Below, in pieces: positions 40,682 through 50,699 of a stretch of 59,380 nucleotides of DNA. Numbering within the stretch: the stretch's first letter is position 1; every line of letters begins with the position of its first letter. The translations under genes were made by a program, and so were the position numbers. A model generated the notes under the pieces. It did not search any database, had not been told where the DNA came from, and saw only the letters and a list, made by a program, of their open reading frames with translations. The stretch lies in sequence record SRR31156797_1705; one strand, written 5' to 3'.

Positions 40682-42161
40682 TACCAAATTTCCTGTTTTT
40701 CGTAGTCATTGTTAGCGCTTCCAAATAATTAATTTTTAATAATTTCCCCGTTGAAACAAGTATCGCGTAAAACAAAATACCAGAAACTACCAGAATATAA
40801 ATCGCTTTCCATTCAACCATGAATATATTCTTAACTATTTGTGCAACGATTAATGCCAATGTGCTGTGCAAGATAATAATTAGCAAAGTTTTCAACAATT
40901 TTGCCGAAATAAGATTAAGCTGGGTTTTTTTGTAAATGTAGCTAAACACGTAAAATGCACCAAAAGCAGCGAATGATGAACGAACGAGTACAATAACAGT
41001 AGGCGGCAATCCAAATTGAACAACAATATAGTCAGCTAGCCATACAAATAAAACGCCAACTACATGCATGTAAAAATAGATGCGTGAATGCCCCAACGCA
41101 AGGATTACAGAAAAATAAGGAATCACATTAAAAAATTCACGAATCATATACATACGTAAAAATCCTTTAGATGCTTCATATTTGGCTCCATAAACAAAAA
41201 CAACCAATTCACCTGCAAAAAACATACAAAATATAAGAATTGGAAACACCACCGTTACCGATTTAATAACAGCTCTGGTATAAACTGAAATTGCTTCCGC
41301 CATTGTGCCTTCCGAATCAGCTTTAGAGAGAATGGGTGTCAGCACTCCTTTTACTGAACCAGCTACCATGCCTATAATTGGGATCGATATAGCTCCATTT
41401 GAAAATTCGGCAAAATCAACGGTGCCATAGTAGCGGCTAATAAAAAACTGATCGGCAGAATTCAATGCTACTCCTGCTAAAGTAGCTGCCATTAGTGGAA
41501 GTGAATAATTAAAAACGGTATGATACATTTTTGGAATGGATTCCTTTTTCACCTTCAGGTAAGGCTTATTTTTTAAATACATCGCCACCAGAAAGCTAAT
41601 GAATGAAGCTATTCCCCAGCCAAAAATTGCAATAAGATAATTGCCCTGTAAAAGAACAACAGGAAGAGTAAGACAGAGAAGCATAAATAATTTTGAAGCA
41701 GCCATATAATACGCAATTTGCTTTGTTTTTCTCAATGCCATGTAGATGCCTTCAACTCCCATGGCTGGAATCGTAAATAACGGAAATGGCGCAAAATATT
41801 TTAAACCGATGGCCAATTCAGGGTTATTTAATAGATTGGCAATTGGCGCGGACAAAAAGAATAAAGACAACGAAAAAAACAAACCTAAAATTAATAAAAC
41901 CCCGTTCAAACTATTAACTAGTGTTTTACTTTGGCCATGACTTAGTCGTGGTATGAAATAAATAAAAACGGTAGGTAAACCAACTGTAAAAACTGTTTGT
42001 AAAGTAGTATAAACATAAAGGATTTGGCGATAGGTACCGTATTCAGTTTTATCAAAATAACGAGACAATATTGCTGCACTTACGAACGCTAAGGCAAAAC
42101 TACTAAACTGGCCCACCCCTAGCCATAAAGCTAGGTTGAAATTACTTGATTTCTTATTCAT
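40674..42161 (-). CDS. Wzx-type oligosaccharide flippase
   Basis: 495 aa, polytopic; ILSRYFDKTEYGTYRQ, YSLPL, DQFFIS, YGAKY. Confidence 0.85.
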   Translation of the reverse strand: MNKKSSNFNLALWLGVGQFSSFALAFVSAAILSRYFDKTEYGTYRQILYVYTTLQTVFTVGLPTVFIYFIPRLSHGQSKTLVNSLNGVLLILGLFFSLSLFFLSAPIANLLNNPELAIGLKYFAPFPLFTIPAMGVEGIYMALRKTKQIAYYMAASKLFMLLCLTLPVVLLQGNYLIAIFGWGIASFISFLVAMYLKNKPYLKVKKESIPKMYHTVFNYSLPLMAATLAGVALNSADQFFISRYYGTVDFAEFSNGAISIPIIGMVAGSVKGVLTPILSKADSEGTMAEAISVYTRAVIKSVTVVFPILIFCMFFAGELVVFVYGAKYEASKGFLRMYMIREFFNVIPYFSVILALGHSRIYFYMHVVGVLFVWLADYIVVQFGLPPTVIVLVRSSFAAFGAFYVFSYIYKKTQLNLISAKLLKTLLIIILHSTLALIVAQIVKNIFMVEWKAIYILVVSGILFYAILVSTGKLLKINYLEALTMTTKNRKFGNG

Positions 42162-42511
42162 TAATCTACCGCAAGATTATTCCAATCCTTATTCATACCT
42201 TAAAATACATTTTTTCAATTTTCAAATGACCTTCCTTTGCTACGAAAAAAAAACATCAATTACAGCAAATGACAAGACCCCTCATATCATTGTATAAAAC
42301 TCAATTGAAATTGTATGAATTAATAAAATATAATTATAAAAAGGCCTCGAAATGAATTTATTGGATTTAATGACCAACTTTTGGCCTCAAGGTAATAAAT
42401 GGCCTCATCAATTCTATTTGATAGTTAAAGCCCAATGAATAATCCATTCATTGTAAAATTTAGTTTTGTTTTGACCAGCAGGCTGAGGATCATTCATCGT
42501 AAAGTAAACAG

Positions 42512-42519
42512 CAAATTTA
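42512..42519 (-). promoter_or_regulatory. possible internal -7 promoter element (TAAATTTG)
   Basis: exact TAnnTTTG on the minus strand in the 640-bp gap before the flippase-CapA-AsnB module. Confidence 0.3.
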
Positions 42520-42800
42520 TAAGAAAATGCATTTTTTCTTCAGAACTCAACTTTTCCAATTTCTCGGGCCATTCATCCATCATTGGGATAGATTCATGGT
42601 AGTATCACAATTGAGAAAAAAGAAGGGCTCATCTACACAACGGTGTGCTGACCAATGTGAACCAAACGATATTGTATTTTCTTACCCTTTCTGTTAAAAA
42701 AGTTAATGGCATGAACAATACACTAGGTTTGACTGTGTGCTTGCTATGAGTGGAATTCTCTTCACAAAGTTATAAGTGTGAAGATCCGACATTACTAAAA

Positions 42801-44441
42801 TTATTGTTCAGGTTTCAAAATCAATTTTCTTATCAAATAAAGTGCGGTTTGGAATGACCATTCAATTTGATAGGTGTACCTGGATAAATAAGGTTTGAAG
42901 TACGGAGTGATATTGTCAGGAAAACCGGTATGGGGAGCTATTAAGTTACTGAGTGTATCTGCTTTCTTCAGATAGATCAGGTTGAGCGCTTCATTGAGTA
43001 CCGGCTTTTCTTTTCTGTACCGGGCAATCAGACTTATTAACGCCGGTGGTAATACTTTCTTGAGTGTTTTCCTTGTTTTCCGGTTTTTAATATTTCCTTC
43101 CCTTCCTGCAAAAGGAATTTTAGCAACCTGATCAACCAGTAACCGGTTTTGCTCAGCTTTAATAAGGGAGATTCTCCCCAGGCGCCATGCTTTGGGGGTA
43201 CGTTGCCAGAATTGTATGAGTTCTTTATCGATAAACGGAAGCCGGTAATCGAACCCGAAGAACTGGTAAACCCTGATGCTATGGGTAATAGATTTGCAGG
43301 TCCGTTCCTGCCAACCAAGTACCTCATAAAGATGTTCAGGGTTAACCTGAAGACTATCACTCAGGCTTTGAAATTTGCTTACATAATCGCGTTTGACCGG
43401 GCGGGTAGTAAGCGCCATCATTATACGTGGAACAATTTCCTGCTCATTGGAAATAGTAAAATCAATTTCCTGAAGATAGGCTCCGGCCAAAGCATCAAGT
43501 AAATGGCCGGGAACGATAATATCTCCATCCTGGAGAATATTATCCATCTTCAATTCGTGTACGGCAAGAAAATCCTGCAGGTTGGGAGTGGACATGCCAT
43601 CGTAGGCATATTTCAGATAATCCATCAACTGATTGTTCTCATGGACTCTATGCCATTTTTCCGCCGTATATTCAACAAAATACCAGGGATAACCTAACGC
43701 CTCCGAAACCTGCTGACTGATTCGCGATTGCAAATTGTCAACAATCCCATAAGAGAAACAAATAACATTTTTAACACCAAGTTTATACAGATAATTTGCA
43801 ACTATCCTTGAGTCATGCCCTCCACTGAGTGGAACCACCCATCGGTTAACGTTGGGTGTATTTCTGATCATGCTTTCGAATGCATGAAGCATTATGTCAT
43901 CAAGTTTATCAGCATAGGCTTGTTCGTCAAGGTTGAACTGCTCCTTTTTCGGAGTAAACAAAAAATATCTTCTTCTGACAGGATCGCCAGCGGTTATTTT
44001 CACAATCTCCCCGGTTTGTAAGCCAAACACATTCCTGTAAACCGTAAACTCTCCATACACAACATTTGAGGCAACAAGTTCCTCAAGCTTATCAACATCC
44101 ACCTCAAGTTCCAGGGACTCTGCCTCCATCAATGCCGGAATGCTATCAGTGATGTAGTATTTGCTTCCGATTTTTGCATATTGAACAGTTTTGCTCCTGA
44201 CTGCATCAGAGATGAGTAAAATAGAATCCTGCATTGCCGCAATGATGACAAATATTCCGTTGAATTGTTTTACTGCAGCTTCTATTTCTTTTTCAGTAAA
44301 TGAAAGCAATAAAGCAGCAAGCCGATCACCATCATGGTGAATACCTTTATAATCTGCAAAACCATCAACATAAATACTTGAAGCTCCTTCGGTCTTTCCA
44401 ACCCAATTATTCCCGAACAGGCGTATGATTGTATTATTCAT
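42801..44441 (-). CDS. asparagine-synthase-like (AsnB C-terminal PP-loop) protein
   Basis: FNGIF, PLSGGHDSR, YLYKLGVKNVICFSYG shared with 37859-39526. Confidence 0.8.
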   Translation of the reverse strand: MNNTIIRLFGNNWVGKTEGASSIYVDGFADYKGIHHDGDRLAALLLSFTEKEIEAAVKQFNGIFVIIAAMQDSILLISDAVRSKTVQYAKIGSKYYITDSIPALMEAESLELEVDVDKLEELVASNVVYGEFTVYRNVFGLQTGEIVKITAGDPVRRRYFLFTPKKEQFNLDEQAYADKLDDIMLHAFESMIRNTPNVNRWVVPLSGGHDSRIVANYLYKLGVKNVICFSYGIVDNLQSRISQQVSEALGYPWYFVEYTAEKWHRVHENNQLMDYLKYAYDGMSTPNLQDFLAVHELKMDNILQDGDIIVPGHLLDALAGAYLQEIDFTISNEQEIVPRIMMALTTRPVKRDYVSKFQSLSDSLQVNPEHLYEVLGWQERTCKSITHSIRVYQFFGFDYRLPFIDKELIQFWQRTPKAWRLGRISLIKAEQNRLLVDQVAKIPFAGREGNIKNRKTRKTLKKVLPPALISLIARYRKEKPVLNEALNLIYLKKADTLSNLIAPHTGFPDNITPYFKPYLSRYTYQIEWSFQTALYLIRKLILKPEQ

Positions 44442-44462
44442 TTAACACCAATTGCAGTTGCA

Positions 44463-44774
44463 TTAAACAATTTTTTCTTTCCTGATTATTGACTGGCCGT
44501 TCTTAAGTATGCCAAGGTTGAATATGTTATCGGCAATCAAAACCACTATAAAGTAGATAAGAGCTGATAAAATGATTATCATTATCGGACTGTTCATTAA
44601 GGAAGCAGATAAACTGTAAACTGACCTAAAAAGTAATGTGAATGGTATGCTGGAAAGTATTAACTTTTTAAAGTCAATCAATAAATGCAATTGTGTATGG
44701 AGCGATTTTGCCGAAAAAAAGAGTCCAAACTGCCTGGCCAATGCACCAGCTATTACCATAAAATACGCTGTTAT
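44463..44774 (-). pseudogene. C-terminal fragment of a Wzx flippase
   Basis: TQLHLL..KKLIL and IIILSALIYFIVVL....NLGIL align by eye with the C-terminus of 40674-42161. Confidence 0.6.
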
Positions 44775-44775
44775 T

Positions 44776-45828
44776 TTATTTACCTTTTTTCCACAATTCG
44801 TGTAAGCCTATATCAGAGAAACAAGGACCTTGTGTTGCTTCACTAAATTTGATGTCATTATGAGCACCATTCCACTCCATTACCTGAACATTTTCATTTA
44901 CATCCAAAATCATATCCCATCCAATAATACGGGTAAATGGAACCATTTTATGAAGATTTATAGTTGCCTCGAGAAATTTATTGAATTGAGGAATCTGTTT
45001 ATTTTCAAATACAAAGCCTGTGTCAGGGTGTTTTACTATCTGAAGCCAATTGGTAGTGTAACCGTATTTATCAAGTTGCCCATTGGTAATATTAACCGGA
45101 ATTCTAATGTGTGAAGCAGACTTAACATGTGTTTCTGAACTGTGTCCTACACGAAGATAACAAGCCTTTATACTTACTACTCCTTTTTCGTTAATTACAC
45201 TTGTAGTTCTTAAAGTTGCAACCGAATTTTGGATAATATCCTGAAAAAATTTATGTTGAGTAATATATCTCTGAATGACACCATTACCGAACAATTTCAG
45301 CTTGTCTAAATCGAAACTATTGCTGTCAAAAAAATGAACACCTTTACCTTGTAATGAATTATCTGATTTATACACCAGTTTACCCTTTGCGTTAATGATA
45401 ATTTCGATAACCTGCTTGTCGGTCAGAACCTGGTAATCCGGCGAAATCCAAAGACTATTGGTAAAATAGACGCAATCAGGGAAATGCAAAGATTTAAAAA
45501 GTCTACTTGTCAATGACAAGTATTCAGAAATACGACCATAGTCGCCTTTAAGAAATGGTACTACTATATTGCCATAATAATTGTCAGGGATCCATCCTTC
45601 TTTAAATTCATCATTCATTGCACTGTAGACGTACAACCATGGTGCATATCCTTCCCAACCCAAAATATCCTTTGCATATTCATTTGACAATTTTATAAGT
45701 TTTTTATCTGTTTTCCCTTTTTCAGATTCAATACTCTTTAGAATTTTTAAAACTGACTTTTTGTATGCTGGATGATATAATCTATCCACATAGTCCTTAA
45801 TTAATCTTTTTACTGGTTTTTTTTTCAT
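44776..45828 (-). CDS. sugar-transfer-associated ATP-grasp protein
   Basis: GWIPDNYY, VIQRYITQH, SVATLR, IGWDMILD...VMEWN. Confidence 0.75.
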   Translation of the reverse strand: MKKKPVKRLIKDYVDRLYHPAYKKSVLKILKSIESEKGKTDKKLIKLSNEYAKDILGWEGYAPWLYVYSAMNDEFKEGWIPDNYYGNIVVPFLKGDYGRISEYLSLTSRLFKSLHFPDCVYFTNSLWISPDYQVLTDKQVIEIIINAKGKLVYKSDNSLQGKGVHFFDSNSFDLDKLKLFGNGVIQRYITQHKFFQDIIQNSVATLRTTSVINEKGVVSIKACYLRVGHSSETHVKSASHIRIPVNITNGQLDKYGYTTNWLQIVKHPDTGFVFENKQIPQFNKFLEATINLHKMVPFTRIIGWDMILDVNENVQVMEWNGAHNDIKFSEATQGPCFSDIGLHELWKKGK

Positions 45829-45887
45829 AAAAATGGGATGAAAAAACAATCATGCATTCGTAAAAGCGTGAATAGCCGTTTTCTTAG

Positions 45888-47333
45888 TTATCTACCTAAT
45901 TTTTCTCGCACGATTTCTTTTACTGCCATGTAATCACTCAATTTTAATAACTCACTGATTCCAAAAATAAAAACTGCACCGATGATAACCTGAATGGTCA
46001 GCGTTAACCAATCCTGAAACTGTAAAACAAACCCGGTAATGTAAACAAGAATACCCATAGAACCAGCCAATAAAAAAGAAGGTAAAATATCTTTTAATTG
46101 TTGCAGCGATGCATAATGAATCATTTTGCCACTCCAATAGCTGTTAATAAAAAAAGCTATTATCGAATCAAGAATCATCCCGGCAATCATCATTTTGATA
46201 CCCCAAAATACTCCAATTAGTATAATTGGAACAGCCAATATCTTCGTAATAATTTCAAGTTTTAAAAGCAAATCAGACCGTCCCTGCACACCCAGCATGT
46301 TACGATTTATAGCATGGAGAGGATGGAACATCCCCACAAATGAAAGCATTTGCAAATAAATCACTGATGGCAGCCATTTCTCACCAATTAAAGTTACAAT
46401 CATTGGTTTAGCCACCGCGGCCATACCAATCATCAATGGAAAAGTAATAAACATAGTAGCGCGTAAAAGTTTTCTGTAATTTGCTCTTAACCTGGGTATA
46501 TCATCCTGAATGGATGAAAAGACAGGAAAAGTAACCCGCTGTATTACGGTGGTAATGTTTGATGATGGTAATCTTTTGAAAATATCCGCACGGGTAAAAT
46601 ATCCTAAATCACTGGCTGAAAAAAACTTTCCAATGACTAATATGTATGCATTGCGATATGTTGCGTCAATCAATCCAACAATCAACAATTTAGATCCAAA
46701 ACCAAACAGTTCTTTGAAGGATTCTTTGCTGAAAGCCCATGCGGGAATCCACTTATTCCAAAACCAAAGAAATATGGTGTTAAATACTCTTTGCGCTATT
46801 TGTTTTACCACCAGACTCCAAACACCAAATCCAGTAAAAGCCATGTAAACACCGATGCCACCACCCAGGATATTTGATAATACTGATATTTTCGTTTGAA
46901 GTTTAAAATCAACCCTTTTAATAAGCTTTGCTGTTTGAATAATTGCCAATCCGTCAACGACTAAAACAAAAGCCAAAACCTTTATAATTTTATTCAGTTC
47001 TGGTTCATTAAAAAATTCACTAATTAAGGGTGAACTAACATAAAGCAGAGCATAAAAAATGACACTTACCAAAAGGTTGAAATAAAAAACCGTTGAAAAA
47101 TCAAGGTCAGTTGCATTTTTCTTTTGAATTAATGCCTGTGTAAAACCACTATTTATAATTGAAAGAGATACGGTTATAAAAATGGTTATCATACCTATCA
47201 AGCCAAACTCTTTTGGAGTAAGCAACCTGGCAAGAATAATTCCGATTATGAACGTTAGGCCACTTCTGGCAATGTTTTCTGTAAAACTCCACAGTAATCC
47301 GCTTACGGTTTTTTGCTTGAGTGATGGTACCAT
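45888..47333 (-). CDS. WzxC-like lipopolysaccharide/PST flippase
   Basis: SLKQKTVSGLLWS, ILARLLTPKEFGLIG, GFGVWSLV, LFGFGSKL, LGYFTRA. Confidence 0.88.
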   Translation of the reverse strand: MVPSLKQKTVSGLLWSFTENIARSGLTFIIGIILARLLTPKEFGLIGMITIFITVSLSIINSGFTQALIQKKNATDLDFSTVFYFNLLVSVIFYALLYVSSPLISEFFNEPELNKIIKVLAFVLVVDGLAIIQTAKLIKRVDFKLQTKISVLSNILGGGIGVYMAFTGFGVWSLVVKQIAQRVFNTIFLWFWNKWIPAWAFSKESFKELFGFGSKLLIVGLIDATYRNAYILVIGKFFSASDLGYFTRADIFKRLPSSNITTVIQRVTFPVFSSIQDDIPRLRANYRKLLRATMFITFPLMIGMAAVAKPMIVTLIGEKWLPSVIYLQMLSFVGMFHPLHAINRNMLGVQGRSDLLLKLEIITKILAVPIILIGVFWGIKMMIAGMILDSIIAFFINSYWSGKMIHYASLQQLKDILPSFLLAGSMGILVYITGFVLQFQDWLTLTIQVIIGAVFIFGISELLKLSDYMAVKEIVREKLGR

Positions 47334-47416
47334 TTATAAAATTCCCTGATAAAAGCTGCAATTGAGTAAAAATATACGGAAAAAGCCCACGAGACATTTA
47401 GTTGATTATATTTTTT

Positions 47417-47442
47417 ATAACCCGAGGCAAGCCCCGAGTTAT
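47417..47442. repeat. imperfect GC-rich hairpin at the cassette junction
   Basis: ATAACCCGAGGC-AA-GCCCCGAGTTAT (10 of 12 pairs). Confidence 0.55.
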
Positions 47443-47468
47443 TAAACCGAAAGTGAATTAGACCTGAA

Positions 47469-47744
47469 AATGAATAAAAAAAGTGAAGTTAACCTGGTAA
47501 CCATTTCTTATCTCTGGCTCATTCTCAGTTTTGGCAAAAAGTAGGTATATGCACTTGGGAGTCCAATGGCAAACACTGTTGACAGCATACTACAGACATA
47601 TGTAATTTGCTTATAGGTTCCATATTCCGATTTTTCGAAATACCTGGATAATATGGCAGCACTAACCAGGCCCATGGCAAAAGTGCTTAATTTACTGACC
47701 CCTATCCACAGCGCCTGGTACGTGTTACTCTGGTTTTTAATCAT
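47469..47744 (-). pseudogene. N-terminal fragment of a Wzx flippase with an internal stop
   Basis: ALWIGV...VSAAILSRYFEKSEYGTYKQI...GLP...YFLPKL parallels 40674-42161; similarity continues past the TAA at 47508-47510 (EMVTRLTSLFLFI). Confidence 0.8.
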
Positions 47745-47825
47745 CCCCTTTTCTGGTATTCACGGGCGCTATTTTAATACTATTTCTATTCATCGGTTAC
47801 TCCCTTTCAGTGACAATCATCACTA

Positions 47826-48776
47826 CTATACTTCCGAAATGATCCTTTTTTCCAGTCTCCGCAGGAAATACCGGTTGCAATAGTTGATTGGGGTTCTCAG
47901 AAGTCTGTTAATGACTTTATTTATTAAATAATTTTTATTCAGCCAGGAATGGTAGGTAACTTTCGAAATGAGAAAATCATATTTCATAATCAACTTCTCA
48001 TCACCTGGCAGATGAGGATACATCAATTCCTTCTTTACCTTCAGCATCCATTGTATGAACCAACTGCTATGGATTTTATCACCTTTTATCTGGCTGACTG
48101 ATTCATGGTTAATCCTGGTTAGTGCTGTATATTCAGGCATAAACGCGATTTTCTCGCCTGCTTTTAACACTTTCAGCTTCATGGGCCAATCCTCCATCAA
48201 TTTATATCTTTCATCATACAGTCCCAGACTTACGATAAAAGATTTTCTGAAAAACCATGTAATATGAGGTGCCCCATAACCCCTCAGTGCAATCTGGTAT
48301 TGCTGAGCGGCCGTGATCCCGGTGCGGTTGAATAAATCATACGCTTCTATATCCCGACGATCATCGGGATCATTGTTGTAAAATACCTGCCTTTTTGCAG
48401 CCAAAACATTACAAGAATTCCTCTGAATAAATTTTACATACTGACTAATACTATTGGGCAACAGCAAATCATCTCCCGCAATAGTTTTTATCCACTCTCC
48501 GGATGCTGACTTGATGCCCCGGTTGGTATTATGTGCCGTACCGGTGTTGGTTGAAGAAGTAATAATGCATGTATTGACAAACCGGGACTTATTATGTTTT
48601 AACCAATCATCGCAAATAACTACTGTGCTGTCCTCCGAAGAATCATCTGTGATTATTAACTCGATATCTGGATAAGTTTGATTTCTGATACTTTCCAGGG
48701 TTTCTACGACATACTCTTCAGAATTATATGCTATGACGACTATTGAAACCAGCGGTCTACTTTCAGATACTTTCAA
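47826..48776 (-). CDS. glycosyltransferase family 2
   Basis: VSIVVIAYN, TDDSSEDST, IAGDD, EDWP. Confidence 0.9.
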   Translation of the reverse strand: MKVSESRPLVSIVVIAYNSEEYVVETLESIRNQTYPDIELIITDDSSEDSTVVICDDWLKHNKSRFVNTCIITSSTNTGTAHNTNRGIKSASGEWIKTIAGDDLLLPNSISQYVKFIQRNSCNVLAAKRQVFYNNDPDDRRDIEAYDLFNRTGITAAQQYQIALRGYGAPHITWFFRKSFIVSLGLYDERYKLMEDWPMKLKVLKAGEKIAFMPEYTALTRINHESVSQIKGDKIHSSWFIQWMLKVKKELMYPHLPGDEKLIMKYDFLISKVTYHSWLNKNYLINKVINRLLRTPINYCNRYFLRRLEKRIISEV

Positions 48777-48796
48777 ATCCTGATTATTGATTACCT

Positions 48797-49927
48797 TTAA
48801 CCTTCAAACGCATTTATTCTTTCTGCAACAAAAGAGACCTCCTCTATGCTCAGGACGGAGCTTACAGGCAAACTCAGAATTTCATTCTGAATGCGCTCGG
48901 TAACCGGGAAGGCAAGGTCATTGTACTCTTTGTAGGCAGATTGCTTATGGACAGGCACAGGATAATGAATAAGCGTTTCTATACCATTATCATCTAAATA
49001 TCCTGATAACCGGTCCCGGTTTTTATGCCGAATCACAAAAAGGTGCCACACATGACTTTCATCATCTACAATATTCTTTCCCCGGCCATCAGGCAGTATG
49101 ACATCATCATTCTTTATGGAGTGAATATAATGCTGAGCAAGTAGTCTTCTTGTATTGTTTTCTGCATCAAGGTACTTCAATTTTACGCCCAGGATTTTGG
49201 CCTGAATTTCATCCAGACGGCTGTTTACTCCTTTAAAATCATTTATATATTTGCGTTTACTTCCATAATTGGCAAGTGCCCTGACCACCTCATCAAGTTC
49301 TTCATCATTTGTACATACCGCTCCACCATCTCCTAAGGCACCCAGGTTTTTCGCAGGGTAAAAGCTCAATCCTGCGGCATCACCCAGGGCACCGGATTTA
49401 GTAACTGTCCCTTTCATTTCGATTGAAGCGCCAAGTGCCTGGGCGTTATCTTCTATTATTTTCAAATTGTAACTTTGTGCAAGGTCTTCCAGCACATTAC
49501 TCCAGCAAATCCTACCATACAGGTGTACGACCATGATTGCCCGGGTTCTTTTGGTAATACTTTTCTCAATTAATGAAATATTAAGGTTGTAGGTATCAAT
49601 ATCAGGATCAACCAAAACAGGCTTCAACCGGTTTTCGGTGATGGCCAATACCGAAGCAATAAAAGTATTGGCAGGTACAATTACCTCATCTCCCTCCTGC
49701 ATAAACCCCATTTCGATATATGCTCTCAGTATCAGTTTCAGAGAGTCAAACCCATTCCCTACGCCAATGCAATGCCTGACATCAAGATATTTTGCCAGGC
49801 TGTCTTCAAATTGTTTCACCCATGGGCCGTGGATATACCATCCGGAAGAAATTACTTCTGTAACCCCTTGCTTTAATTCCTGAAAATAGAGCTGGTTAAT
49901 TTTTGCCAGGTCCAAAAATTTGATCAC
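48797..49927 (-). CDS. DegT-family aminotransferase, FdtB/QdtB-like (dTDP-3-amino-3,6-dideoxyhexose)
   Basis: MIKFLDL, GVGNG, EDNAQA, SFYPAKNLGALGDGG, NSRLDEIQA; clustered with fdtA-like genes. Confidence 0.85.
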   Translation of the reverse strand: MIKFLDLAKINQLYFQELKQGVTEVISSGWYIHGPWVKQFEDSLAKYLDVRHCIGVGNGFDSLKLILRAYIEMGFMQEGDEVIVPANTFIASVLAITENRLKPVLVDPDIDTYNLNISLIEKSITKRTRAIMVVHLYGRICWSNVLEDLAQSYNLKIIEDNAQALGASIEMKGTVTKSGALGDAAGLSFYPAKNLGALGDGGAVCTNDEELDEVVRALANYGSKRKYINDFKGVNSRLDEIQAKILGVKLKYLDAENNTRRLLAQHYIHSIKNDDVILPDGRGKNIVDDESHVWHLFVIRHKNRDRLSGYLDDNGIETLIHYPVPVHKQSAYKEYNDLAFPVTERIQNEILSLPVSSVLSIEEVSFVAERINAFEG

Positions 49928-49966
49928 TAAAATATGAATTGATAAATAACTGTGATTGCAATAAAA

Positions 49967-50698
49967 CTAACCGGTTTTGGCAGCTATAAAAATCTCTGCT
50001 CCGTAATCCGGCATATAGGCTGACATTTTAAATAATCCTTTAAGGACATCTTTGGAAAGCAATCCGGATGCCAGTATTGCTGACATTTGTGAGTGATTGA
50101 ATGGTTTAATAAAATAGGTGTTCTTTTCAATCACCTCCAGGCCATTTCTTTCGAACAATTCGGAGAATGAATCCAAGGTGAATAATGTCTTTCTTCCAAA
50201 TATTTTATCATGTTCCGACCAGTCATAAACTGATGAAATTATTCCGGCTTCTTTTGCCAGCAGACGGTGAAATGAGTTAACATTAGGCACAAATGAGATA
50301 ACAGTAGTATTTTTATTACTGATCTCTCCCACATATTTTACCACTTCATCTGCATTTGCAATTTCATGTAAAAATCCACCAAGATAGATGACATCATAAT
50401 TCCCAGGCAATTTCAGGTATGCGTTCTCTATATTGTCATTAATTACTTCAATATTTTCGGCACAAAGGTGTGCTTTTGCCTTTTCACAGGAAATTTTGTA
50501 AAATGACGGCCAGGGTTCCAGAGCAGTATACTCATCGAAATCCGAAAAACTTTCAAACAATGGCATTTGTCCGCAACCGATTTCCAGAATTTTCCCGTGA
50601 TTGATTTTCGAAATATAGTTTAAAATATGTCGAAATCTAAAGTTTCGTAAATCATCTTCAAAATCCAGGGTACTGTATTCTTTCTGGTAATCGTACAT
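49967..50698 (-). CDS. class I SAM-dependent methyltransferase
   Basis: ILEIGCG, YDVI...FLHEI, VPN..SFHR; ATG 50698 directly follows the upstream stop. Confidence 0.8.
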   Translation of the reverse strand: MYDYQKEYSTLDFEDDLRNFRFRHILNYISKINHGKILEIGCGQMPLFESFSDFDEYTALEPWPSFYKISCEKAKAHLCAENIEVINDNIENAYLKLPGNYDVIYLGGFLHEIANADEVVKYVGEISNKNTTVISFVPNVNSFHRLLAKEAGIISSVYDWSEHDKIFGRKTLFTLDSFSELFERNGLEVIEKNTYFIKPFNHSQMSAILASGLLSKDVLKGLFKMSAYMPDYGAEIFIAAKTG

Positions 50699-50699
50699 T

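Noticed and set aside
45817-45825. A9 tract after the ATP-grasp start (and other A/T8-9 runs) as phase-variation switches
   Set aside because: Such runs are common in this AT-rich DNA and are in frame; they cannot be supported without read data.
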